Of a DNA stretch of 64,000 nt, positions 12,601 to 19,205 are shown piece after piece. The position numbers were made by a program, and so were the translations under genes. This stretch comes from a virus. Under the pieces are notes generated by a model that searched no databases, was not told where the DNA came from, and saw only the letters and a program-made list of their open reading frames with translations. The DNA is taken from positions 32,001 through 96,000 of IMG/VR virus record IMGVR_UViG_3300013101_002049; one strand, given 5' to 3'. Numbering within the stretch: position 1 is the stretch's first letter; each line of letters opens with the position of its first letter.

Positions 12601-15600
12601 AGTTAAAAGAAGCAGAGAAGAAAATTAAAGAAGAAAAAGTATTAACTGAAGAAGAAACAAAACGAGCTACAGAAAAGGTTATGTATGCCGGTAAAGGCAA
12701 AGAAGCCCCACTTTTATTAGAGAGCGGCATGACTGATAAAAAGAAACCCACTGATGTGCTTAAAGATATGTTGAAGGATTTTAAAAATGATTTTAAGCAG
12801 AGCGGTGAAACAATAATTCAAGGTGCGGAAAAAGCCGAAGATAGTGTTGTTACTGGGGCAGAGGGATTTATGAGTAGGCTTAAAAAAGCTATACCAGATA
12901 AAGAGAAATTTGGTGAACTTAAAGAGGCCATGAAAGATGTATTTAAAAAGTATTACGGTAAAGGGACTGCTACGGGGGCTGGTATATTAGGAAGTGCTGG
13001 CATATATTCAGAAGAAAAGGCTGCTGAACAGAGAGAAACTAGTGCCAAAATTATGTCGGAATTGCGTAGATTGATGCGTAAATATGGTATTAAGCCAGAA
13101 GAAGATACTGTTATTTTTGGTGGCGAACGTGCAGAAGAAAGCGAAGTTAGACGAGCTGGTAAAGCTGAAAGTTTAGGGCAGGCTGTTAGACGCGCTGTTG
13201 AATATACAAAAGCCAAAGACAAAGCCAGACCAGCGGAAGATAAAATATTAGACGAAAATTCTGCTCAAACTGGAATACTACATGGAATATATGAACAAAC
13301 TAAACGTACAGCCGAAAACACTAATACTTTCTCTGAGAATTTAAGCGATGAATTAAAAGCTGGACGTGAAGATCGTAGAGATGAAGTAGATAATATTTTA
13401 ACCAATGTTGATAAATTGAGAGGTGAATATTTAGAAAGAGCTGGGACTAGAGTTAGTCCATTGAAACAAATCGTAGCAGCTTTGTTGGCGGCTACTTCTG
13501 CTGGTTATGTAAGTGAAAAAAGTGAGCAGCGTCGAAGAAATAATGAGTTAGAAAATAGAGCTGAAAAACAAGTAGAGCTTGTTGATAATATTATAGAAAA
13601 ATATCCAGATGTTATTAGCAAAGCTATCGGTGATTTTAATACTACCATCGTAAATGCCGGAGAGGGTTTATCAGTTGAAACTGAAAAAGTTCAAAAAGCT
13701 GTTGATACTGAAGCCTCAGAAAAAACTATGGTAAGCCGATTGGAAGATTTGCGTAATCGTATGACTGAAGCATATGAGAGTGTGAATGAGTCTATGGAGG
13801 AAGCTGCACAACGAATGTCTGAATTAGAATTAGCAGAAGAAATGAAAAAACAGCTTGAAGATTTAGATAACGCTATAAAGAGTTCGACAGCTATACAAAA
13901 TCTTGAAAAAAAATTCAGCGTAGAAACTAGTGGTGTATTAGCTGGTAAACGTGCTCCGCAATTTCAACTTGGTACTCAGAGCATGTTAGATTTGTCTCCA
14001 GCTGAGTCATTAACATTTAAAGAAGATTATAGTAGACCTATAATGGGTAGTATTAAACGCACAATGAATAATTTCACAGGTGCTATTGGTTCTGTTTGGG
14101 AAAAAGCTATGGGGTCCATCGGTAATGCTATTAGCACTGTTACTTTACATATTTTTGATGACACCTATTCTGATTTAGCTGAACAATATGAGCAAGGCAC
14201 TTCTGAACTATCACATTTGATGGAGGTTGCGTCTAGTATAACTACTGAAATGACTGCATTACGAGCAGCTCCTATGACAGATGAATCAAAAGCTAGATAT
14301 GAAGCTTTAGAAGATAATCTCGGTGAAATAACTGATAGGATGGGTGATTTAAATGAAAGTTTGATCAAAACTTCTGTTAGTTTACAAAGTGTTATAGCTG
14401 CTGAAGAATTTCGTATTAGAACGCTTAAAACTGAAGTTGAAGCGAGTGCTAAATTTAGCCAAGCATATGTGGGCACTATGATTCCTACTGATCCTTTTAG
14501 TTATCTTGGTAAGCAGGGATTAGGAGCTGGGGGTTTTGATTTACAATTGGCTAAAACTTCTGATGAGTTAACTAATAGTGAAAGACTTTTATTAGAAGCT
14601 AGAAAATCTAATAACACTGATCTTATAGATAGTATACATAAATATACCGCATTAACTTCAGTATTGGATGGTCAGAAACAACAAGCTGCTGAAACCGCTG
14701 GAAAAATCAGTAAATTAATAATAGAGTATCGAGAGCAATCTAAGGTTTTAGGAATAAATCACGATAAAGTTAAATTGATTAAAAATAGTTTAGATTCTCA
14801 GATAAAGTCATATATGACTTTAAAAGACTCTATGGATAAACATATAGAATCATTGAAAGAATTAGATGCAGTGCAATCAGGTTTAAATTTTAGTAGATTG
14901 ATTAATGAATTGCAAGGACTTAAAAAGAGTTATTTAGAGACATCTAGAGCTAATGAATTTAAACGTATTACTGAGGGTGTGGATAAGATATTAGGTGGCT
15001 CGCATCCTTTGGCTAAAGTAGCTCCATCATACGCTGCTTTACAAGCTGGGGTACCGGAAGATCAATTGTTAAACATGAATAAATATCAATTGAGAATGGC
15101 AGAGTTAGTTGCTCAACCGGGGCCTGGGCCAACACTTGAACAGGTAAATGCCATTAGGTTTGGTAAAACAGTAGATGTATGGGCTTATGAGCAAGCTAAG
15201 CAAAATGATGAATTGAGACGTCAGCGTGAACAGGCAATTCAATATAACAATGCTTTTTCTAGAGCTATTAAAACCGCCGAAGCTACTGGAACTGAGCAGG
15301 ATGTAGCGAAATTGAGAGAATTACAAGGCGCTTTTATTAAAGAAGCTAAAACAATGTATGAAGTAAAAGAGGTTGATGAGAGCGGAGTACGTTATTATAA
15401 AGGTATAGATTTCGATAAATATATAAGAGCGAGTGAAGGTTTATTTAAAGATTTAGGTTTAGGGGATATGGAATCTAATGTAACTATGCCTATTGTTACT
15501 TCTATTGATAATAATACTAAAAGAATAATAGCAGCGCTTCAAGGCAAAGATCTTTATAAAGATACAGAGAGAGGCTTTTTCAGTAAACTTTTTGGATTTG

Positions 15601-18600
15601 GTAATGATGATTTGATTGATAAAAAACAATCTGGTGGGTTTATTACTGGTCCTGGAGGTCCGCGAGAGGATCGTGTATTAACTAGAGTAAGTCCTGGTGA
15701 ATATGTTATAAAAGCAAGTTCGGCAAAAAATATAGCTAATAAGTATGGAGCTGGTGTATTACATTCTATGAATAATACAGGTGAGATGCCTAAAGTTGCT
15801 AAAGGAGGATTAATACCTAGATTTCAAGACGGTGGTCGTCCTGATGAATTTATAAAAGCTTCTAGCACAGATGAAGTACCTGAAGGTATGGTTTATGATT
15901 ATGATTTAGGTGGTTTTAGAAAGAAAGTAACTATAGAGGATGTGGAAAGAACTCATTCTGAGGTCAAAGGCATGCTAAAAAGTATGGAAGCCTTTGATAG
16001 ATATTCACAAATGAAGGCAGAACAAGAAACCGAGGAATATATGGATCAGCTAGATGAAAAGATGAAGCAAAAATATTCCATTAGCGGTGTATTTAGGTCT
16101 TTAGGAGACAAACTAAGTGCTGCTCGTAAAAAAAATCAAGGGTTAGGATTTGATTTTTCTAAAGATAAAGGAACTGTTGGTAATATTGCTGAAGCTGTGG
16201 AAGGAGTAACCAGCACAGGTAAAGTGTTTTCTTTGGGAGTATTGGAATCTGTACCTAGATTATTCCAATGGGTTGCTCAGATTGGTGAGGGGATGTTTGG
16301 ATTAGGTAAAACAGCCATTACTAAAGGTACTAAAGCCGAAACTTATACAAAGGGTTTTAAAAATATAATTGATTTTTATACTAAGAAAGATGTATTGAAA
16401 GAAACAGGGTCTATACTTAAAGATACTGGTATCGGTTTAACTAAAGGTATAGGTGATATGTTTGTAAGACTAGGCGAAGGTGATATGACAGCCGCTTATG
16501 ATGTAGCTTCTTTGGTTGCTCCTATTAAAAGTGGAGCTGCTTTAAAATCAGGCAAGTTTTTTAAAGCAGGAAAACTTGCGCCTTCTAAGTATTACAAAGA
16601 GCTATTATCGAATAGAAGTACTGATACAATTGCTAAAAGTTATCGTAAATTGTTTCCTAATAAAAAGGTTTTTGAAGATACTATGGAAGCTTATTATAAA
16701 AAAGTTTATTCTGAAACGATGGATCCAAGTAAAATAGACGCGTCTATTCGTTTGATAAATGAAATTAGGAAAGGTGCTATAATTGAGCCGTCTTTAGGTG
16801 AAAAAGTAATGGGGGCAGGAATTGGAGTTAAAACTAAGGCTAGTGAAATTTTTAGTGGTATTAAATCTAAATCTAAAGATGCTTGGAGTTTTGGTAATAA
16901 AAATATTGATGAAGCAATACGCATTATGAGTGATAAGTCTAAGAAATATAGAAAGGGGTTTAGTGAAAAATATAAACAAGCTGGTGGTATATCTGGTATA
17001 GCTGATAAAGCGGCTAGTAATTTGAATAAATTTGATGATTGGGTGGATGAGCTTGTGAAATCAGCTGGCCCAAAAGTTTCTAGTATGGCAAATACTGCTA
17101 AAGAATATACTAAAACTGGTATTGGAAAAGCTAAAACTGCTGCATTTGGAGTAACTAAGAAAGCTGCTAAATATACGGCTTTAAAAGGACTGGATCTGTT
17201 AACACCAAGGTCACTTAAATGGTTGTATAATTTTATAAAAGAAAGACCAGAGATTTTTTCTGATATGGCAAAGAAAGGAAAGTCTTTTTATGAGTCATTT
17301 GCTAAAAAATTTAGCGGCAGCGAAAGTGCTGATTGGGGTAAAAAAGCTAGTGGTTTTTGGAACCGTTGGGATGCTGGAGAATATAGTAAAAAGTCTGGTA
17401 ATTATAGATGGAGATCAGGTTCTAGTGAAAAAGCAGAATCAGGTAGTTATAGAAATAGAAGAGATTTTTGGGAAGAGGGTTTAAAAAATGAGGATCCTGA
17501 AGCTTATAGAAAGTATCAACAGTATAAAGAAACCGCAAAGGAAAATATGCGTCGTCGCGCTGAGGAACAAGCGGCATATAAGAGTAGTCGAAAGTCAGCA
17601 AAAGATATTAGAGATGAATTACTACGGGCTAAAGCTAAATATGGGTCTCAATCAAAAGAATATCAAGATTTATTTAATGATTTTTTAAATAAATATGTTC
17701 GTGGAAAAGGTGGGTCAGTTGATAGTGGTATAAATAAGTTTTCATTGAGTGTTGCTCATCCAGAAGGTTTTGGAGAAGGCGGTTTAATAAAATCGCTTTG
17801 GAAAGCTATATTTGGTCAGGCTAAAAAAGAAGATAAAACAATTACTTCGGTATTTCAAGCATCCGATGTGATTAATAAGCGTAAAAAATCTCAAGCTGAA
17901 CAGATAAAAGCTATTTTTGGTGAAAAAAAATCTGGTGGGTTAATAGGTTTTAAAGATGGTGGTGGTGTATTATCTACTAAGGCTTACCAAGATGTACATA
18001 AGTATTTTGTAGATGAAGAAGCCGAGACGCCCGAATGGAATAAGGAAATAGCTGGGTATCTTAGAACAAGAATAAGTAAAATAGAAGATTTAGACGCTTA
18101 TTATTTATCTGAAGATTTAAAAAAGATTGAAGAAGGAGATAAAAAAAGTTGGAAGGAATTTTATAATAAGATATTAGATTATGAAGATATTGCTGATAAA
18201 GTTTTTGAGTCTATTCCAGCCCCTATTATTCCGAAAAAAGAATCTGGTACTGGTGGTTATAATTTAAAGAAAGGAATGAAGGCTGCTAGTGGTAGAACTC
18301 GTGCTGCGCAATTAAAAGAAATTATGGATGCTACGAAAGCACAGGGTGGTTTGTTAAAGGGGTATGCTAAAGGCGGCGGTACTGATAGTATGCTAGCGGC
18401 TTTAAGTCCTGGTGAATTTGTATTAAATAAAGAGGCTACTGATAAAATAAGTAGTAAATATGGGCTAAAATCACTTGAATTTATGAATAAAGAAGGTGAA
18501 CTGCCTGGGTTTGCTTTAGGCGGTATTGTAGCTAAGCGGAGTTATGCGGATGGTGGTCCAGTTTATGATAGTAAAGCTATAACTAATGTATCTGTAGATA

Positions 18601-19202
18601 CTTTAAATACACAGCAGTTGGGTGAAGAGATAGGGGATAGTATTGCTAGAAAACTTGAATCTGTTACATTTAAACCAGTCGAGCTTGCTGAAGATTCTAT
18701 TGAAATTTCCTCAGATTCTATTAAAGGTATATCAGATGCCATTGAGAGTGTAAATAGGGGTGTAACGGCTGTAGGAGCTGAGGAGGCCACTACAAAGATT
18801 GACGAATTTATCGACGCTGCTAACTCTAGATTAGAAACATTTTCTGTAAAAATAGATGAGCAAAGTGAATCGATTGAGATACTACATACAAGTATTGAAG
18901 AAGCTACTGATAGAATTAATGATATAGATGTTACTTCTATAAATATGAAGTTGGGTGAGTTAGAACTAAGTGTTTCCGAATTAGTTACTAAAGATGAATT
19001 AAATGTTTCAGGTAGTGATCTTGATTCGAATATAGATTATAAAATACATGAAGCTATTAATTTTATAGAAGAGAGATATATATCTGGAGTTAAAACAGAT
19101 ATAAATATCATTAATGGTAAAATAAGTGATTTACAATATGACCTGGATGATACAAAAGATCACCTTAATGGTGAAGTAAGTAGATTGGGATGGGGGATTT
19201 AA
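3..19202 (+). CDS. Giant fusion protein (5'-truncated): two-barrel RNA polymerase + PD-(D/E)XK nuclease + phage tail tape measure protein
   Basis: The frame is open from position 3 (FGRKLSTRFGTKGV), so the TTG at 15 is not the real start. It contains RNAP motifs (3-3620), nuclease motifs (5430-5810), a TP901-type tape-measure core (7935-8900) and tape-measure C-terminal GG motifs. It lies directly upstream of hub/baseplate-like genes. Confidence 0.9.
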   Translation, partial: FGRKLSTRFGTKGVSVTPGKIPTDIQEIQDVAKAMAGGLVAKVEPGAGLGFAKMPKSVGEMISDMLEKTLSGEDLGWADMFSQEILDDLITRLRASGNKFIVDLFTEASYGIVSKEEAEKQKKLFSETANVYSELFGKSLMGGVKGIEQVQEDYVDKLGQAPFKLQPIEARISARGVAKRGLMPEVLEGMVNNLIGSLEESTAIKDVDLTADPGVRKKMNDYLRALTYSALDSAEQKAVTKRLRAEGASEQDIERLKDFEKQWSVYTDIVNEYGKTMKSFVSPKFLQIVEEPHLFKEWSERDISKGVRGEKLNFQAFAAYAGIFGEGSKMMEELSGATSLASREGWELIRALQMLDPSMKDLAKTMTESLKTVKLSDVDVFTGRTAEIGELEETIFDVGKFPAPFKLKIPSTAPGKLGEFEDLYVPGPAARATYAEELMGGRVSPTNIARYLSNLVERAKNVENLMALSKEGELDLNDESARKFANTIRAELTEKLTSTYKEFAGIEQKQVVTPANIEFMQSYIDQLKKSLSPVRHVAPIYMTAEAKRGNLRSQTELESVESYERQLRKTDPGKMYSKLLSRIMDILIGAQPESLKAEESKIERARKKFTETGDVPKEYAKQFQNLGKFYENDFDKMLAAFQKRVEERRAARAAFDIELEAGNLKEFSENVGLNLHMTVKESLERALQSLSRARVSYYEELAKQVIGPKHGIEQTFFQRTIPFSVTAKAVTAVTDKTKELDKAITNLSSRSGSNFDNIIDKLKEIKKEHVDYIAKAKQLGMPVLKEGEIGIHPEMAEQIKLKQAGRETDLSKLLSEQLEEAYVTTVRYPFTGTLSVQPHKAKLMETGLARQSLAVPGAPEMNIASMTEEVVKPLREHIDKLVAEREQLWERGGDDAAQKAAELSKEIEGLISLTKELTPKFVNMEQKLDFDGDALFLHTGQVEDSRMEIKKHFEALGDDVTSVRSLFNTLFTAVEETNVKALSEMAYIFGKKQPMEKGFKFLEKPYIEKEVSNLGLDEVFKSLSTYESKKPETDVDFKNWVSKYLTENVFPEVFRKAGGTEAERAAFAGKATAAFAGGGAGIPMGPGAGEFEKTASKLLEELIRRRLWEQKYSDAIVGQLYKLQTGQTVEGISRVARLTELETGFGAGLAGTGKRKFEPATEFLERWPKESIVLGNRPVQEFAARMNEILRFVIQKGLDEKHAGVEAVGKHIIANVGKKGGAEAIMNIMEKEEDQFKDLWKFNDQIKQEAKLRLGKHPTETLREELKRFQPDIAEDMLAGMSRQELIDRITKQIDLSAVFEELFRMIKRQAIKGYVKELRGGLEDLPVEQRAKTEAEVARMGGFEPYARKKIEEESMEDRGISILKYVTTNLEPLYKLRTSMETIGTVGSRAGIKPDVDIILPEQKREAERLSDVYENTLKTAYVLSRSMKGIVSGAQGGAHSMMVLSSVQKRLEELSAIAKRAEDLGVPMAAEAPIPTKRMEYAGGAYMAEAPTLFEDIWSKALMSQTRLGPIEQLDPLESWNKNIERLNKVKKQTESELENLSQTLGIPMIGKEEKSKVFFEFGEKNEDVVKAIDLRSKAFGEFLSTKQPELTPEEVRKSTDEYAKFMTDLLKFQVSMSEQARRVSEAMKAVPFQKTYLEKSFAGLASRAGKSPTEIANEMSSMEESSSKAFDKEIVAKRERRLQDIQDYFAKQRTSTAQSMIDVAATDQPQVIPDRDLADKVRQAAQDSIQQIAEVVNETVVYKTRQALKGLERRAGGGASAGGEEKRLAELYRASGIAGGGGYGGVPQPEAILRQMLGLTEPNMLMEATAFRGTALHRRKQLEMGRKYKQFGGFELEGLTRYIEEGQDLMTGHFDVIYKESEDAQRKLADIKTIYSGRTFKALETLANNISKGGITLDSALKKFEESQSAFDKELARRLNSYISQINFYLESNKDAIGEIIVVSAEDPTKEAKIEIGGFDPALFAKDIQVVKDAKMKVAELLEALSKTDDPETIKSLFSDYRGVYEALVDKLGEVTFETVSAALPTRPTFEVLEQSRLKSWEEFASTLNKEDQDLFEKLSAEYLTAFERMRGPRAEKVFKKWRMEGVPAGGAGAPPAGGAPPGGAGGGDGFDDDEFSEFNKKIQAILNKLRQGIEIDPSEILKLMELYEQARRKFNELMGSRDPKLFKDMTAKYQKLIEEIKQTVSTEYKGGFESAYRMYNMREKVDSNMADNLKKMEKDYSRFRTLDIETEAPDRPEAMHKNLKALFEVARRRHGLVGSDTKKFGADIESLIKSVTEEGPGLDISRQIIAAVDKLPKEKRGYTVSIWKHYRKAVSEYFLKELDRLQEEIESARTEDEARESYAQYEKTLRHFRETIVKNLGKVSDIYTEKAFGGTREFVDPGLAKLTGTFRTKDEISEIARASSRLSGEFQPIVDMLIGEGSGEDIEALVPPIEKVRRAFEMLTSDAEEFKKTLTDEDAFRRFGDQIAKQWDFTKTVKGVTQLRAALESWNRMQVAGIGDVGPSASYTEAQRKNIEETIKLLRQLEKSFVPTGGTAASEMGLVGVPGFLSTSEQEALHKRNIAMTRKYFATPEEEGGPERGRAFTYRYKIVDPSTKQIVRNVAEEFRGLGDTVDSTGRKMGVFRQRTEDLLKQFQERRGFGQAFGRVIRWGLASNVVYGSVKALKGMVNVISDVEYGIAVLRQVMSPLESDFEGITMAAVDFAKEFGLPIRNVIDSMRVFAQQGLAQADVIDRTRTSTLAANVTTLNAADATEALTAATKVYGLQGQSTLRFLDSWSQVEARHAITSADLANALKKAAAAAKTSGVDFDQLNAIVTGIGETSRQTGKEIGTSLRFMFRRLQGEKGPKELGKIGVPVLTPQGDIRSGFEVLGQLADKWGDLNQAQRLAIAQAIGGRRHYNSLIILMDHWGDVLDTLQDSINSKGAAERRNAIVMDTYAKKLEQVRASLTELQIQFGKFALPIAKGALTGLKLLIETISNIPTSIKVAFAAVASFFTLLTKGGSLFDKVAMSFTSSGNIFGDFIKTAKSELSKGVYEIFGEGIGGFSLDNVFKDINTEGLKQFTEATKMGDLESGLGKSVYVLAKVGRSWNNFLTDITKGSASATNKIAHMFDFIGDKLIMGGAALGEKGGPAGIITGALTAALGSVSEMAGYGTEKVAKMLGLTAEQMARLTRSSTGVVGALAPMIGSFFALKPLLSAAWDNFKKLALSASDYEKSMSGLRMLHSGELERIKDLGYEYDKLSKRMSDISISMRPDVKARQQEREEYKSPLHELGKLYGEATDYGNKLAETNIDLVSGFDKFGNAILKTTDNMKGYLEVLESAQQRKMAETELGVLGVYVKDLTKTTGLESFKNEFKKFLAEIPVIGESLAKAIKVSPAKSIEELREKVEDLIALRNKYPLTTSFDIDLNKYNQQLAEVRKSYKQTYNDFLRTLSNIPVEGLNPAQVSEMFSRPEFKEGFEVIANIEPRLQTGALRGKVNWQDVLGTEVLKKLYPSKPLDFTAQLTKGLLEQANISPRDAEAFSGDIVLFTDEIAKKYEMAGNQAILKMQETSEGIVKWTVQFFDKELSTIKELPFDKVSKFVDSIFPVQAISDRLYENIEVLKEFVAGAGAGLRGITEKTFKKDFSLGERFFSQLPTTTLLQTTKGYEPGRGFGEVPFKSGWDKWIDDNFFKPMTEYTRLLEQLKPADLPTGESELAPGLTEDIASLQDILKNNQVVLQYRAVHEDLIKSISEGSRVLKENIAAERNRNEYIVQSSGYLKGLAEDMADVNLGVKKYTDLTLQQRLALAEVGRNMQPFTTARQQYREGTVERQSIVDSITNIDKSLIAVREIGDVARSFGAALPTQDLANYIEEIAKTGDRGTGLLLGETKKVESNTAATVERLDQILEQGGDSAAIERIVERTSGRRNIIDKLEYLTERRNKAAKKDNTELVTTYDRAIDKLTSKLVSEVGPEKALKYVGKNAPMFFGKQDYTQAEFIKRALGNTNFEGFSKALERVQPGITKTKEFTDLVALQQEQSTEQVVSNKNLQKLLAIYSTIEHFNKVSTNRQIKALDSQLGELEVQRKELQKAGTPTEDITNKIAELTTQRGELATRASGQAMREVIAPIALASQEIAKSFGVTDRQLRILGGTIGGTYLAWKAWNKLTGEPIPEYIEELGAKSAEAAQRMSQEGISGKAWRTYYAAKDVVFGKNLDEKLKEAEKKIKEEKVLTEEETKRATEKVMYAGKGKEAPLLLESGMTDKKKPTDVLKDMLKDFKNDFKQSGETIIQGAEKAEDSVVTGAEGFMSRLKKAIPDKEKFGELKEAMKDVFKKYYGKGTATGAGILGSAGIYSEEKAAEQRETSAKIMSELRRLMRKYGIKPEEDTVIFGGERAEESEVRRAGKAESLGQAVRRAVEYTKAKDKARPAEDKILDENSAQTGILHGIYEQTKRTAENTNTFSENLSDELKAGREDRRDEVDNILTNVDKLRGEYLERAGTRVSPLKQIVAALLAATSAGYVSEKSEQRRRNNELENRAEKQVELVDNIIEKYPDVISKAIGDFNTTIVNAGEGLSVETEKVQKAVDTEASEKTMVSRLEDLRNRMTEAYESVNESMEEAAQRMSELELAEEMKKQLEDLDNAIKSSTAIQNLEKKFSVETSGVLAGKRAPQFQLGTQSMLDLSPAESLTFKEDYSRPIMGSIKRTMNNFTGAIGSVWEKAMGSIGNAISTVTLHIFDDTYSDLAEQYEQGTSELSHLMEVASSITTEMTALRAAPMTDESKARYEALEDNLGEITDRMGDLNESLIKTSVSLQSVIAAEEFRIRTLKTEVEASAKFSQAYVGTMIPTDPFSYLGKQGLGAGGFDLQLAKTSDELTNSERLLLEARKSNNTDLIDSIHKYTALTSVLDGQKQQAAETAGKISKLIIEYREQSKVLGINHDKVKLIKNSLDSQIKSYMTLKDSMDKHIESLKELDAVQSGLNFSRLINELQGLKKSYLETSRANEFKRITEGVDKILGGSHPLAKVAPSYAALQAGVPEDQLLNMNKYQLRMAELVAQPGPGPTLEQVNAIRFGKTVDVWAYEQAKQNDELRRQREQAIQYNNAFSRAIKTAEATGTEQDVAKLRELQGAFIKEAKTMYEVKEVDESGVRYYKGIDFDKYIRASEGLFKDLGLGDMESNVTMPIVTSIDNNTKRIIAALQGKDLYKDTERGFFSKLFGFGNDDLIDKKQSGGFITGPGGPREDRVLTRVSPGEYVIKASSAKNIANKYGAGVLHSMNNTGEMPKVAKGGLIPRFQDGGRPDEFIKASSTDEVPEGMVYDYDLGGFRKKVTIEDVERTHSEVKGMLKSMEAFDRYSQMKAEQETEEYMDQLDEKMKQKYSISGVFRSLGDKLSAARKKNQGLGFDFSKDKGTVGNIAEAVEGVTSTGKVFSLGVLESVPRLFQWVAQIGEGMFGLGKTAITKGTKAETYTKGFKNIIDFYTKKDVLKETGSILKDTGIGLTKGIGDMFVRLGEGDMTAAYDVASLVAPIKSGAALKSGKFFKAGKLAPSKYYKELLSNRSTDTIAKSYRKLFPNKKVFEDTMEAYYKKVYSETMDPSKIDASIRLINEIRKGAIIEPSLGEKVMGAGIGVKTKASEIFSGIKSKSKDAWSFGNKNIDEAIRIMSDKSKKYRKGFSEKYKQAGGISGIADKAASNLNKFDDWVDELVKSAGPKVSSMANTAKEYTKTGIGKAKTAAFGVTKKAAKYTALKGLDLLTPRSLKWLYNFIKERPEIFSDMAKKGKSFYESFAKKFSGSESADWGKKASGFWNRWDAGEYSKKSGNYRWRSGSSEKAESGSYRNRRDFWEEGLKNEDPEAYRKYQQYKETAKENMRRRAEEQAAYKSSRKSAKDIRDELLRAKAKYGSQSKEYQDLFNDFLNKYVRGKGGSVDSGINKFSLSVAHPEGFGEGGLIKSLWKAIFGQAKKEDKTITSVFQASDVINKRKKSQAEQIKAIFGEKKSGGLIGFKDGGGVLSTKAYQDVHKYFVDEEAETPEWNKEIAGYLRTRISKIEDLDAYYLSEDLKKIEEGDKKSWKEFYNKILDYEDIADKVFESIPAPIIPKKESGTGGYNLKKGMKAASGRTRAAQLKEIMDATKAQGGLLKGYAKGGGTDSMLAALSPGEFVLNKEATDKISSKYGLKSLEFMNKEGELPGFALGGIVAKRSYADGGPVYDSKAITNVSVDTLNTQQLGEEIGDSIARKLESVTFKPVELAEDSIEISSDSIKGISDAIESVNRGVTAVGAEEATTKIDEFIDAANSRLETFSVKIDEQSESIEILHTSIEEATDRINDIDVTSINMKLGELELSVSELVTKDELNVSGSDLDSNIDYKIHEAINFIEERYISGVKTDINIINGKISDLQYDLDDTKDHLNGEVSRLGWGI
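5310..5940 (+). other. PD-(D/E)XK (RecB/Cas4-like) nuclease domain within the giant ORF
   Basis: Ordered RecB-family motifs: RGTALH, E(GL), GHFDVI, LADIKT and SQINFYLE (QxxxY). No Cys, so no Fe-S cluster. Confidence 0.75.
7935..8900 (+). other. TP901-family tape measure core domain
   Basis: AVDFAKEFGLPIRNVIDSMRVFAQQG...LAANVTTLNAADATEALTAA...FLDSWSQVEARHAITSADLANALKKAAAAAKTSGVDFDQLNAIVTGIGETSRQTGKEIGTSLRFMFRRL is the typical pattern of this domain. Confidence 0.9.
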
Positions 19203-19205
19203 TAA

